This document shows, one piece after another, positions 1 to 15,152 of a stretch of 64,000 nt of DNA. This DNA is from Eledone cirrhosa (taxonomy: Eukaryota). The position numbers and the translations under genes were made by a program. Where the stretch lies: the NCBI GenBank assembly GCA_964016885.1, contig OZ024741.1, forward strand, positions 200,880,001 through 200,944,000. The letters are read 5' to 3'. The first letter of the stretch is position 1. Each line of letters opens with the position of its first letter. The notes under the pieces are model-generated. The model did no database searches. It saw nothing but the letters and a program-made list of their open reading frames with translations, and was not told the origin of the DNA.

Positions 1-200
1 TATGGGGGAGATTTAGCTGTTGTTTCTAGCAGGTTTAGTGACTCCATAGAGGATATGTGTTTTCTAAATTTAAGACAGTAGGGAGTGGTGTGATATGGGG
101 GAGAGTTAGCTGCTGTTTCTAGCAGGTTTAGTGACCTCATAGAGGATATGTTTTCAAAATTTAAGAGAGCAGGGAGGGGTGTGATATGGGGGAGAGTTAA
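1..200 (+). repeat. Tandem repeat of ~92 bp (2+ copies, runs off window start)
   Basis: TATGGGGGAGA...TTTCTAGCAGGTTTAGTGA...GTGTGA restarts at 1, 94 and 185; a diverged related motif lies near 30930-30980. Confidence 0.75.
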
Positions 201-559
201 GTTCTCTTTGTCATTGAAGTAAATAAATGTTTGACCGTTCCACACTCAAAAACAAACGTTCTCTCTCTCTTCGGCGTTCCTAAAGGAAGTTTGTAAGCAT
301 GTATGTAGTTTTATCGAATTTGAAGGAGAGTAGAGAGAGGTAAGCAGATTCTATTAGAGGGGTAAAGCGTCATGTATTTAGTTTTATCGATTATTTCCAT
401 AAATGTGGGTGAGTTTGAATGGAATAAATAGTCGTTGACCTAAGACCATTTACAATATTCTCACAGACTTTGAGTCGAATCGGTTTTAAATTGTGCAAAT
501 GTATAAACATGGAACATCTGCACACATACAACAACAACAATCTGCCTTTTATAGATAAT

Positions 560-697
560 TGTTTCTACTTTAGGCACAAGGCCAGCAATTACCCAGTGCA
601 TTACTGGTACTTTATTTTATCGACCCCGTAAGGATGAAAGGCAAAGTCAACCTCGGCGGGATTTGAACTCAGATCGTAAAGGGACGTAACTATGCTC
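560..697 (-). mobile_element. tRNA-derived SINE (octopus-type family), 5'-truncated, 15-bp TSD
   Basis: Matches the window's main SINE (B-box GAGTTCAAATCC, central CTTTGCCTTTCATCCTTACGGGGTCGATAAA); TSD CCTTTTATAGATAAT at 545-559 and 698-712. Confidence 0.9.
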
Positions 698-899
698 CCT
701 TTTATAGATAATGATATATATATGACGAGCTTCTGCGCAGTTTTCTTCAACCAAATTTTCTCTACAAGGCATTTTCAGTCTGAGACTATATTAGTAAACA
801 TAACAGCAAAGTGTATCACGAGGAGATCAAACCCGGAAACCCGTAGCTATGAAGAGAGATTCTTAATTATCCTGCGGTTATCAAGATATATACAAGAAA

Positions 900-1097
900 A
901 TAATTCTTTCGACTTTAGGAACAAGGCGAATAATTTTGGGGTGGGCTGATTATATCGATCCCAGTACTTGACTGGTACTTTATTTTAACGACCTGTGAAC
1001 GATGACAGGGGTATTTGAACTCAGGACACAAAGAACAAGAAAAAATACCACAAAGCATTTTGTCCGACGCTCTAATAATTCTGCCACATCCACCGTC
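900..1097 (-). mobile_element. Older diverged copy of the main SINE
   Basis: ACTGGTACTTTATTTT and ATTTGAACTCAG motifs; reverse A-box near 1070-1095. Confidence 0.7.
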
Positions 1098-1334
1098 CTG
1101 TATATATGAATAATGATACTCTTCACATAGATTGGAAAGAAGTTTCAGCATGATACTGAGAACTATATTTCAGGAAATGAAAGAATAAAAGTGCATTAAC
1201 AAATGTTTAAATTGAACTCAATTTTGACTGAGCGGACATATAATCAAATATATTACTGCCTTAGCTGTTGCGACTTTTAAAGGATATTTCGCACTATAAT
1301 ATCAACTGGATACTTCTTATTTAAGTCGGAGTAG

Positions 1335-2200
1335 GCGGCGAATTGGCAGAGTCGTTAGAGCGTCGGATAGAATCTTATGCGATATTCGCTCCGAGTCTCT
1401 ACACTGAGTTCAAATTTCTCCGGACTCAACTTTACCTTTCATCTTCTTGAATGAGGTCGATTATTCTTCAATCCTCTCTTTATCACTATCTTTCTCTGGT
1501 AGACATTGACTGTAATCAGGTCCAGAGCGTGATGAGCTCCGCTAGGTTAAAAATGCCCAATGCATGCCGTATAACACTACGGCGCTCCTGAATTTAGGGA
1601 GTGTTGGGATTAGCGAGATATATGGCTTCTATTATTAGTCAAAAGGCGGTGGATTGGCAGTGTCGGTAAGGCTTCTGATTAAACGCTTTGCAGCATATAA
1701 TTACGGTCTTTTACAAACATTTCCTAGGGTTGCTTTCTGCATGAAGAACATGAGACGAGTTTTAAATGGTCATTTCGACATAATGATATGATATAATGAT
1801 TATTTATCAGTGTTCAATATATTTTATTATCATTATTTGCGAATTCGCAATATCGTCAGAGCATCAGACAACATGCTTTGCGGCATATAGTTACGTCACT
1901 TTACGTTCTGTGTTCAAATTCTGCCGAGGTCGATAAAATAATGTACCAGTAATACAGTGGAGTCAATTTATTAGCGAGTCGAAGGGCGATGGATTGGAAG
2001 TATCGGTAGAAGATTCAGATGAAATACTTTTCAGCATATAGTTACGGCTCTTTACGTTCTAAATTCAAACTCGCCGAGGTCAACTTTGTCTTTTATGCTT
2101 CTGGGGTCGATAAACGTGCCAGTGAAATACTGAGATCGATTTAATTGAGTTTCCCCTCTATCAAAATTGTTGGCTTTGTGTCTAAATCGGAAATCATTAT
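1335..2200 (+). mobile_element. Cluster of about four diverged SINE copies/fragments
   Basis: GGCGG(T/C)GAATTGGCAG-type heads at ~1335, 1645, 1840, 1985 with GTTCAAA B-boxes in most; the first has a longer tail that resembles 46780-46880. Confidence 0.7.
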
Positions 2201-2221
2201 TAGATAGGTAGTCCTCGAAAA

Positions 2222-2385
2222 ATATTGTTGAATAACATCCATGAGCTCGGCTGGTCTCGCTTGGGGATCCAGCCGGATCAAGTAGAGTCGGTTGCTTCTG
2301 ACACGACCTGCTAGGGGATGTGCTTGATTACTCTGCCCCCACGTCCTTCCCATTAATAAGTGAAAGAAGAAGAAGAAGAAGAAGA
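2222..2385 (+). mobile_element. RTE LINE 3'-end fragment with (GAA)n tail
   Basis: AACATCCATGAGCTCGGCTGGTCTCGCTTGGGGATCCAG is near-identical to 29337-29375 in the RTE fragment; ends in a GAA repeat. Confidence 0.75.
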
Positions 2386-3329
2386 ATCACGTAACAGGGG
2401 AAAAAATCAATGATGGATAAATTTGAATCTGAAATATTTTTATTTATCACAATCATATAAAGAGCTTGGGCGTTGCAACTCGTAAATACATTAGAATAGT
2501 AAGATGGTTGCCTTACCATATTTAATTCGGTCCTCGTTGTTTTATGTAAAAATATCGCTGAAGGCTATCTTATTTACTTTTCTGCCAGGCTCGATAAAAT
2601 TATACCAGTGATCTTCCGAGTTTATCAAAGAGCCATGCTTTACTCTATAATAATTGCCCATGTGTGTTGCAAAAAAAAAAATAATTTCATTATTCAGTAG
2701 GGGAAGGGGGTATCGTTTTATCTTTTTGTGTGTGTATGTAAGTCTTTTTGCGGTGTATATTTGAATAAAAACTTAATACATTTATTCTGTTACAGCACAA
2801 GTTTCCCCAATTAAAGGCTTTATTCTATGACCATTAAAATGTCAAATTCATGCCTTAGCCGTTTGTAAATGAATTCAACTGATACAGTCCAAATGGCAAT
2901 TGACTCGGGTTAGTGAACTGAATTTATAGAAAGCTTTTTACCGCACCCATTATCAACATAGTATTCTGCATGATCACACGACATTGGCCGGCGCCATAGT
3001 TAGTTTCATATAACCTGGTTATCTTATGAAATCTTTGTTTTGTTCTACTTAACATTTCAAGAGTTAATAGAAAATTATATAGCGGAGATTTACAGTAAAT
3101 ATTATCTCTATTTGGTACACAAATAATGCAAGAATATGACAGGATCCTGTATCATGGAAACGTTTTTACAAGTGTATGTGTTATATGATTCAGATTTATG
3201 TTAACATATATTGTGTTTGTAAGTTACATAAGAGCTATGTCGATATTCTATGAAACAATAGCTGATATATTTTATGAGCTTATAAAGTGTATTTATACAA
3301 ATAAAATAACACTATGTAATAGGAGTGTA

Positions 3330-3474
<145 letters not shown>

Positions 3475-3744
3475 TTCTAGTCCTGTAGAAGCCATTTCTA
3501 TATTACATTATTACATATTTATACTCTGCTATGTATTGAGTACCTTACTGTGGTTTGAACCTGGGATACACACACACACAAGCGTTAACCTAATATATCC
3601 CTTCCATATACTGTACCAATTGTGTTGTTATTTCTGTTTACCTTTTACATATATATATATATATATATCATATATATATGATGGGGTGCAATGGATTGAA
3701 CCTCAATTGAATGTTTCAGTTGTTCAGTCAACAGAACGGTCTAT

Positions 3745-4025
3745 TCTTGAAATTAACGTGCAAGTGGCTGAGCATTCTACAGACACGTGCATGCTTAATG
3801 TTTTTCTTATGAAGATTCAGTATAACACGGTGTGTGACAAAGCCGTTCCTTTGAATTATAGATACATTCTATCCAACAGTCTTAGAAAGTTTCCATCTAC
3901 CTCGTTTCAAACACAAGGCTTGGGTCGACCCGAGGCTACGTTAAATGACACTTGTCCAAGATGCCAAGCAGTGGGATTGAACCCGAGACCTAATAATTAC
4001 AAAGCAAACCTCTTAAGCATGCGTC
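3745..4025. mobile_element. Fragments of other tRNA-derived SINEs
   Basis: Reverse B-box GGGATTGAACCC and GACACTTGTCCAAG core-like motif at 3945-3990; a similar remnant at 730-870. Confidence 0.5.
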
Positions 4026-4029
4026 ATCA

Positions 4030-4064
<35 letters not shown>

Positions 4065-5991
4065 TACACACACACACATACACACACACGCACACACACG
4101 CACGCACACACGCACACACACTCTCTCTCTCTCACACACACAGAGTAAACAACATTTAGTAAATATATTTTATTTAACAAATCCTTGACAACAATCTAGA
4201 TACAAATGGTTGAATCCTTCATTTTTCTTGACATTTTCCCTCTTGTCAGTCCATCCATTGCCATATTTAATGTTACATTAATTTAAATTAATAAGAATAA
4301 TATTGTCTTTAATCAGTATCAAACATATATCTACTAAGTTACAATGACTTTATTCTACTTACAGCTCTCCCCTCTCTCTCCCTCTCTCCCTCTCCCTTCC
4401 CTCTCTACATATATTTATATGCATATATATAAATGGCTTTTACAAGAGTAAAACTGTTTCATTCAAAGGAAATCTTCAGAAATATACTCTACTAATATAT
4501 TGAGTACTTCACTTACTGTGGTTAACCCCGATTGAACACGGGGCTTATATATATATATATATATACAAATAGATGACTACAGATTGACAGTCCGACAAAC
4601 AGAGAGACAGGCAGACAGACGGATAGCTAGGTAGCTAGATAGATAGATAGATAGATATCTTTCTTTATTTGCCACAGGGGCGTACAAAAATGGGACATTA
4701 CAAGACGTGACGGCGGGGGTTTTACATAAAAATAACTTTAACATTAATAAATAACAATAAACTATATATAATAAAATAACAATTGAAATCCCCAATAGGG
4801 GGGAACGTTACTGCAGGGTGGTTTTACACCCCGTGGACAGAACAACCCTCAACACCAGGAACACGTTTTGTAGGTGTTCCTGTCTTCCCTCTGTTTATCT
4901 TCCTCAACCTACAGGTTTATATACAGAGAAGGCCCATTCACTCGGACCATTTCTGCCACATTCACCCACCTTTCAGTGAATTTACTGGGCTGTAGCACCT
5001 CTCTCTCCACTCTCACCTTCGTTCGGAAGTCATACTTAAAGAAGGGGATAAGTTGTTGTCCGGAGAGAAAGGTGTTTACCCTCAGTCCTTTTAACCTCGT
5101 CCACCATATTACCTCTTTCGCCATAGCCACCAGACAGAGGAAAACCGCCTCTCCTTCGTTCTTAAATGAAGGTGGCGGGGTGATCCTTACGATGGACTCG
5201 GCTGACAAGTGGATGCGTCCCACACGTGACAGCAGCTGTTCGACATAATTCCACAGGTCGGTCACCCCTGGGCACTGAACAATTGCGCCTAGAACGGTTT
5301 CGATGACCTGCTCGCATCTTGGACAGGTCCTTTTGGCCGAATCTCTGCCAGGGCGTCCGTGCCTGTAGATTTTGTCTCGAACTGGTAGAGCTCCTCGGTA
5401 GCACTGCCAGGCCAGAGACCCCTAGAAGTTATCCATAGGTCCCGGACGGAAAGTCCTCCCGAACAGACTGGTCAGTACGTCCTCCTCGATGCCTAGAGTT
5501 TCCCCGAGAACGTCGTCGCACTTATCCTCCACTAATCCCCTATAGAATGTCGAAGTGGAGTCTCCGCTGATTGCCGTTTCCGCTTGGTAGAGGGCTGTGA
5601 GCGCCTGAAGGCACTCGAGGTGCCAGGCACGCGTTTTCGGTCTTCGCTTGACTCAGGACTGCAGCTGTTAGTGAGACGAGTTGTGGAAGAGCTTGTCTCA
5701 CAAACGACTGCCACACCGATTCATCGGTCAGGAATACCTAGAGATGGCGTAGCCTCAGCGCATCTTTGCGCATCATCAGCCACGGCACACCCAGCCCTCC
5801 GTTAGAAGGGTGTTGACAGCAGATGGATCTCCTCACCAATGGAGCCTGTTTCTTCCAGAGGAACTTGAAGAGTGGCGTCCATTTTGGTAAGGTATTCGCG
5901 GGGGCAAGGCACGACTGTCAAGCGGTACTAGATGACGGACGCTATGTAAGTGATCGCCACCTCGGCTCGACCTTTCAATGAAAGTTTGCAC

Positions 5992-7158
5992 TCAGCCCAC
6001 TTCTGGGTGAGTGAAAACACCTTCGCCATGACCTTGTTCCAGTTCTTTGTCCACCTGGAGGTCTGAACCGAACCAGACCCCGAGCAATTTCACCGGTCCT
6101 TTCGTCCAGCGTCCAACGACACTGTCTGAAGACATGGGTTTGCCTCTCCATGTGCCGAGTTGCAAACCGACAGACTTGTTTGGGTTTAGTCTTGCTCCTG
6201 TCAACGTTTCGTATTCCTGTAATAGATTGCCGATTACCCTGATTTTCGAGGTTTTCGACACCTTTATGGTTATGTCGTCGGCATAGGCTGACGCTGCTTT
6301 CCGCAGTCCTGGTTCGATCGGGATGCCCTGCAACAGCTCCAACTTCCGCAGTAACCGTTCGAGAGTCAGTACATACAGAATGGAGGAGAGAGGGCATCCC
6401 TGACGGGTGGAAAGCATGATTTGGAAGGGCTCTGATAGGTAGCCATTCACCTTGACTGCCGAGCAGATGCTGGTGTGCATGGCAGCGATCCAGCCTCTGA
6501 AGACGGGACCGAAGCCGGTCGCCTTGAGAACTGCTTCCAAGTATTGATGGTCGACCCTATCAAATGCCTTAGACTGATCTAAATTGATCAGAGCCTCACC
6601 GAAGCCAGGTTTACACCCTACCCTCACTATGATGTATCGCTTGAGGTGGAGGTTGTCGTGTATGGACCTGGTCGGGATTGCGAACGTTTGGGCTTCCCCT
6701 ACCAGGTTCTTGACGACAAGTGCCAGCCTTGCTGCTAACACCTTGGCCAAAATATTTAACTCTGTGTTGAGCAGAGTTATAAGCCTGAAATTGCTTATCT
6801 CATCCCCCTTCTTCTCATCTTTCCTGATCAGCGTTACTACGCCTCTGCCTACAGAACTGGGAATCCTCCCGTTCTGCTGCCAGTTGCAGTAGACCGCTTC
6901 GAGGGCGCCAGTGAACAAGTCTGGCATGTCTATGTAAAACTCATCGAGTAGACCATCTAAATCGGGTGATTTGCGTTTGCCGCAGCGGCCTAGGGCATCT
7001 TCTATTTCGCCCGCTGTGATCGGCCTTTCGCAGCTCTCTGCATCCGTGCTCGAGAGTCGCGGTACGCCGTCGAGATAGGAGCTGAAGTCCATCACCTCGC
7101 TCGATGTACTTCTTTTCCCGAACAGTTGTGCAAAATGCTGCTGGAAGGCTGTGCACAT
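5992..7158 (-). pseudogene. Tx1 ORF2 reverse transcriptase segment
   Basis: NFRLITLLNTELNILAKVL, LDQSKAFDRVDH, RQGCPLS, AYADD, KLLGV motifs; adjoining segments are frameshifted. Confidence 0.93.
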
Positions 7159-7646
7159 CTGCTTAGATTCAAGTATAATGCATCCATCTTTGTCTTACAA
7201 AGACCGAATTGTGGATTTGTTGCCACTTTTCGCCTCTTCCACTCGGGCCCAGCTAACAGCTTTGGCTCCCTCGTTTCTTAGAGCATGTGTTCTACTTCTG
7301 ACAATAAAACTTTCGTGTTTCACATTGAAGAACTGGTCTAGTGCCGTTCTCACCGCTAGCACGTCAGCTGTACTGCCATTCCTAAGTGCCTCTTCTATTT
7401 TAGCTACCAGTTCCTTTTCAGTTTTTTTTTCTAAAGCTACTTCCTTGCTAAATGCTATCGATTCTATTCTAATTGCTCTCTTGAGAGAGTTCCACCACCT
7501 GTTGTTGACGATCGCCCCCGTCAACTGGCACTTAACTAAGGTGCTAATCCGTTTACTGTAATCCTTACGCGCCGGGAGCGACATGTTTAGCTTCTAGTAT
7601 CCGGATCCCTGTCTATGTGTTCTATCAATGTTGACTACGCAGGTGA

Positions 7647-8330
7647 CTAATTGTGGTCTGAATAGGCAACCATGTGCATTTGCGGACAGCTTAATGTTTC
7701 CTTATCATTCTGTGTAATTAAAAATCTATCTAAATACGATCTACAAGACCCAGTGCGGTTGCTCCACGCCCACAGTTGTGCCATTAGGAAGTCTAGTCGA
7801 TACCTATCAGCCAGTTGGAATTGGCTGATGAGAGTTTTGAGGCTATTACACCCCCCTCTATTATCACAAGCTCCTACAAAGTCCCAACGTGCATCTAAGA
7901 TGCCATTCCAGTCCCCAGCTAACACTAAGGAGCGAGTCGTTCCCAGGAATGGCTCCAGATGCTTGAAGAACTCTGGTCGCGATGTCTCAGTCGGGGCATA
8001 TACGGCCACCAGTCTGCAAGCTCCACCTTCACTACCATTCACATCCAAGACCACCAAGCTGCCCTCCGGGTCCAAGTGAATCGTCTGTATTTTGAGATCC
8101 AAGTTTTTTTCGAAACAGAACAGCAACTCCCCCTCCACCTCCTGGCTGACAGAGAGATGCGTAGATCTCAAAATCATTGAACATGGAGGTTAGCTGCTGC
8201 TTGTCATGAATCCTGGACTCGGTGATGTCTATCACATGTATACAATGTGACCTGAAATCATTTAAAAGCTGGCCCTATTTCCAGGACATGCCCAGGCCAC
8301 GTACATTCAAACATCCAGCTTGTATAGTAG
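7647..8330 (-). pseudogene. Tx1 ORF2 apurinic-like endonuclease segment (frameshifted)
   Basis: GCLNVRG, ITES, GVAVL, VAVYAP, AGDWN, SYLDRFL, SDHN motifs across frames. Confidence 0.9.
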
Positions 8331-8524
8331 CCATGTTGGTGAAGAAGAGTTAAGGAGAGAAAAGGCAGGAACACTTAACTTTTCGTTTCCTGGAGGTCGG
8401 ATTGTTCGATCTCTATGTCCAGATTGGTGGTGTTTGGGGAGGGAGGGAATCCTTTTAGCAGGTCACGGTAAAGGGGATTTTGGCAAGGGGGGCCCACATC
8501 ATGTGGGAAGTTCTCTTTTAAAGT

Positions 8525-9420
8525 TTAATATTGTAGGGTTGTTACCCTGATAAGTTTGAGGTTTGGGTGTGGGTTGTTGGTGGGGAAGGTCTTCCCTTCT
8601 GTTTGTATTGTGGAGTCCTTTCGGACAGTTTCCACCAGTTCTTTGTTTCTAATTTTATGTATGTGTAATGTGTTTTGTTTTTTATGTGTACTGTTTCTGT
8701 TTGTAGTTTTCTTTTTGTGGTTGGGGTTTGTGATTGTGTTGGTGTGGGTGTTTGTTTTGTTGGTGAAGTGTTTGGTTGTGTTGATGGTGATTGTGCTGTT
8801 GGTGTGTTTGTCATTTGTGACGTTGTGTTTATGGTGGGGTTGGGTGTGTGCGTGTTTTCTGTAGATGTTTTTGTGTCTTTTTTGTGTCTTTTTTGTTTTT
8901 GGGATTTTGGGGGTTTCTTCATTCTCACTTGGAGATGTAAAGGTTCCCGTGTCTGAGACTTCTGAATCAGGGGTAGATGGGAGGGATATGTTATGTGGTA
9001 GAGTGTTTGTGCAGGTGTTTGTGGAAGTATTTGACAGGGAGGGAAGAGGCAATGGAGGGTTTTTCAGTGGGATTTTGTGTGTGTAATTGTCTCTGGTCTG
9101 TGGTGGTGTGGGAGTGGATGTTGCAGGGTTTTGTGTTGTGTTTGGTTTGGGGTGTTGATGTTGGGGTTTTGGTGTTGGTAATAACACCTTGTTTGTCCTC
9201 GGTTTGTTTAAGAGAGGGCAAAAGGCCTTTAAGTATGTGGTTTTCCCACACTTATGGCACTGAGGTCTTTTCCCTCCACTAAAATGGAGATGACATCTTC
9301 CTCAAGGAGATCCTGTCCGGTATTTTCTCAACTCTCTCTGGCCTCATTTGTACCAGAACCTCGATGCAGGTTCCAAACCAGCTATGCCGGTCTACAGATA
9401 GGAGGGTCTGCTCATGTACA
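8525..9420 (-). pseudogene. Tx1 ORF1 C-terminal remnant
   Basis: Degenerate knuckle GKRPQCHKCGKTTYLKAFCP near 9215-9275, then T/P/K-rich low-complexity sequence upstream of the APE. Confidence 0.6.
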
Positions 9421-9440
9421 TAGCTAGCTAGCTAGCTAGC

Positions 9441-9502
<62 letters not shown>
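9421..9502. repeat. (TAGC)n-(TAGA)n microsatellite between two Tx1 copies
   Basis: Direct reading. Confidence 0.95.
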
Positions 9503-10094
9503 TGTTTCTTTTATTTGCCACCAGGGCATCAAAAGTGGGACAAGTACAATGGGGGGAGTTTACAAAACAAGGCGTCCTCAATAGGGAGGAGGCAATAACA
9601 ATATATAAAAATAAAATAAAATATAACAAAAATGAAATTTATAACAAAGTCCTCAATAGAGAGGAGGCGCCTTGGGGGGGGGGGGGCGCACACACCCCCG
9701 AAAAAAAGTGTGCAACCCTTTTCCTCGGGAGCACAGAGAGGGGGTGCTCCCTTGGTCTTTCATCTTCCTCACCTATAGTCTGATGTAGAGTGAAGGCCCA
9801 TTCACACGGGCTATTCTCGCCACTTTCACCCATCTTTCATAAAAACGGCTGGGGTGCAGCACCTCTCTCTCCATCCTGATCCTTCTTCCGAAATGATATC
9901 GGAAGAAACGGACCAGTTGTTGGCCAGAGAGAAAGGTGTCTGACCTCAGTCCTTTCAGACGCGTCCACCATACAACCTCTTTCGCCATGGCTATTACGCA
10001 CAGAAACACCGCCTCTTCTTCGTTTTTGAAGAGGGGAGGCGGCTTGATCGTTACAATAGACTCGGTGGTCAACCGGATCGGTCCCACACTTGAC

Positions 10095-10095
<1 letters not shown>
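9503..10095 (-). mobile_element. Second Tx1 copy, 3'-terminal ~590 bp only
   Basis: ORF 9773-10087 (EAVFLCVIAMAKEVVWWTRLKGLR) is homologous to 4909-5265; same GTGGCAAATAAA 3' end; (GATA)n on both sides. Confidence 0.92.

Positions 10096-10170
<75 letters not shown>
10096..10170. repeat. (GATA)n microsatellite
   Basis: Direct reading. Confidence 0.96.
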
Positions 10171-10180
<10 letters not shown>

Positions 10181-10410
10181 GTATGTATGAAACTAAGCAG
10201 TTATATAGTACATAGAGAACTAGATAGACTGGTAGGTTTATGGTTAGATAGATACATAGATAGATAGAAAGACATACAGAAAGATAGATAGAAAGACAGA
10301 CAGACAAATTGAGAGACGAGAATATACCTATGTATCTATCTACCTAGTCTATCAAAGATACTAAATAACAAATCTAGCACAAAATTGTTGCCATGTGGCT
10401 TTTTTGTTAT

Positions 10411-10445
<35 letters not shown>

Positions 10446-10447
<2 letters not shown>

Positions 10448-10612
10448 GAACGAGTAGGACCCCGACGGCTGAGCTCAAGCCGTTTCGACGGCTAATTCTG
10501 GACTAAAATCCGTCGGGGTCCTACTCGTTCCTATTACCCACTCTACTACTCTAAGTATTGAGTTCTTTGGTGCGTTATGGTCCACCTGGTTCCTTACCAC
10601 ATTTCCTTCGTT
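10446..10612 (+). mobile_element. Fold-back element (Penelope pLTR-like family A), copy 1
   Basis: Inverted arms GGAACGAGTAGGACCCCGACGG / CCGTCGGGGTCCTACTCGTTCC; 3' part shared with 45600-45720, 46337-46470, 55449-55587; flanked by simple repeats. Confidence 0.75.
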
Positions 10613-10635
10613 ATATATATATATATATATATATA

Positions 10636-10735
10636 TGGAGGATTGGATTTGCAATCGTGAGTTCGATTCCCGAACCGGTTGATGCGTTATGTCCTTGAGC
10701 AAGACATTTTATTTCACATTGCTCCTTCTACCTGG
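10636..10735 (+). mobile_element. tRNA/core-type SINE fragment
   Basis: GAGTTCGATTCCC B-box and GTCCTTGAGCAAGACATTTTATTTCACATTGCTCC, as in 31580-31850. Confidence 0.7.
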
Positions 10736-10837
10736 AGTTGCGACCGATAGATAGTATTAGCAATTGGAAAGACTAAAGGAAACATTGTTTCCTCGGTCTG
10801 ATTTGACGAAAGTCGATCAACTGTAATATATATATAA

Positions 10838-12870
<2,033 letters not shown>

Positions 12871-13342
12871 TGTAAATGCACACTTATAGAGATTTGCTCA
12901 TAAGTGTGTTCTTGTATGTTTTCTCTTAGCACGTATTTAAATGTTTGTGTTTGCGCGCTCATATACCTGTGTGTGAATATATAATCAAACACACATTAAT
13001 TCTTAACGCCACAACAAATGATGTGCATCGCTTGTGCTCTATTGCTAATTCAAAGAAGAAATAAACAAATATAGGAAGAAAAAAATTATTTAAATATGCA
13101 CATAAATTAATGAATAATAAAAGAAATAAATAAATAAATAGATAAATAAAATAAAGCAATAATAAATGAATGAAGTAAAATAAATAATAAAAGCATAGCA
13201 TTCTAAGTTTTTCTTTACCGTGTTTCTAATGAGCGACTTGTATTTTGTATTACAAATAATTTTGAAAGTAATCAAGTATGCAGAAGGTTTTAGTAATATA
13301 GCTAACTTTCTTATATATTAAGACAGAGTTTGATGATAATTT

Positions 13343-13935
13343 ACTGGCAGACTTATCGGAGCGTCGGACAGAATGCTTTTGCAGTATTCGTTTCGGTTCT
13401 CTGCATTCAAATCCTACAAAGGTCAATTTGCCCTTTCTCCTTCCGGGATCTATAACATATAGTACCAATCAAATACTGGGGCCGATTTAATCGACTTTTC
13501 CTTCCTCTCAAAATTGTTGACTTTGTGCTTAAATCAAAAACCATTATTTCAGAGATTTCTCAACATGGTTTACGGTATATATTTACGTCCCTTTACATTT
13601 TGAGTTCAAATTCCACCAAGGTTATCTTTGCCTTTCAAGTGCTGGGGCTGATATAATCGACTTTTTCCGCCTCTCAAAATGTTTGGCTTTGTACCTAAAT
13701 TAGAAACCATTATTAAGTTAATGTTTGGAATATAACTTAAGTTAATAGGGCGGTGGATTGGCAGTATCGGTAGAGGGTCGGACGCCATGCTTTCCAGCAT
13801 AGTTACGTCCCTTTACGATCTGAGTTCAAATCCCGCCGAGGTTGACTTTGCCTTTCATCTTTACGGGGTCGATAAAATAAAGTACCAGTAATGCACTGGT
13901 TAATTGCTGGCCTTGTGCCTAAAGTAGAAACAATT
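13343..13935 (+). mobile_element. Three head-to-tail copies of the main SINE; youngest at 13748-13932 with 32-bp TSD
   Basis: Repeated B-box and central domain; TSD ATTATTAAGTTAATGTTTGGAATATAACTTAA at 13709-13740 and 13933-13964. Confidence 0.88.
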
Positions 13936-14239
13936 ATTAAGTTAATGTTTGGAATATAACTTAAATATTCTTACATGAAATTATGATGGAATGTATTTTA
14001 GATAAATATAACACTTCAAAATATACAGCTGTGTAATAGAACCAGTAGTAGTTTCTGTCCATTTTGTCAGTGGGGCACGGGCAAATCACCACTCAGAATA
14101 TGCGTAGAGTCTGCCTTCCCGTCCCAACCTCCTTTGTTCTTTGCTTAATTCTTTTTTATTTTTTCACCACCCCCCCCCCCCCCCCTTTGGTTTCATTTAA
14201 ACATTATTTTGTTTATTATTATTTAGAATTATTTTTTTT

Positions 14240-14460
14240 ATTTATTTGATCCTCATTGGCCTGCATCCTCCCCCGCTTCATATTGTCCCTTCATTTAACT
14301 GGGCCCGACAGTCTCTACAACTGGAGACCAGATTCCAGAGATAAACCGCAGATATGGTCTGGCCGACGGGGGTCATGCACGACCAGTGGAAGCCCATTTG
14401 GCGCCAGTGCTCTATCTCCCGGAAGAAGACGAAGGTCAGTATCTACAACGCCAGACAAGT
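14240..14460 (+). mobile_element. RTE-group LINE internal fragment
   Basis: Frameshifted EINRR.GLA...PIWRQCSISRKKTKVSIYNA, typical of the post-RT region. Confidence 0.55.
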
Positions 14461-14827
14461 TCATATAGTTTGATTTTCCTCCACTTTGATGATCCAAGGA
14501 CTATTGAACTTTGCCATTTTATGGTAAAACATATTCTTAAGCAGTAATGGAATATGTACGAGAGAGTATACATAATTATTGAACGACAAGTATTTATATT
14601 TTCGATAAATTTAAATATGCTATCTATTGTAATTATATGTTCTTACAGTCATTTTTCTTACAGCCTTTCTCCTGTTAATGTTTGATATATTTATGCATAT
14701 GTCGATCGATTTTTGATTTTATAATAAATGCTCGGATTTATTCTTTAGAATCTTTCTTAGAGCTTCTCTTACATGTGATATGGCGCTTGTCTGAATTTTT
14801 TTTCAGACATGACATCTTTATTCTTGT

Positions 14828-14849
14828 TATATATATATATATACAATTA

Positions 14850-14890
<41 letters not shown>

Positions 14891-14903
14891 CAATTATGAT
14901 ATA

Positions 14904-14945
<42 letters not shown>

Positions 14946-14958
14946 CAATTATGATATA

Positions 14959-15009
<51 letters not shown>

Positions 15010-15015
15010 TAATTG

Positions 15016-15062
<47 letters not shown>

Positions 15063-15064
15063 TA

Positions 15065-15152
<88 letters not shown>

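Larger units (their letters stand above)
4658..9420 (-). mobile_element. Tx1-clade (L1 group) non-LTR retrotransposon, 5'-truncated in ORF1, decayed
   Basis: ORF1 zinc-knuckle remnant, APE, RT and C-terminal CCHC-region fragments in order on the minus strand; 3' end AATAAAGAAAGA followed by (TATC)n. Confidence 0.93.

Noticed and set aside
4445-4490. Minus-strand CUGAAGA...GAAAC hammerhead candidate between TA tracts
   Set aside because: Stem I does not pair in register; at most a decayed remnant
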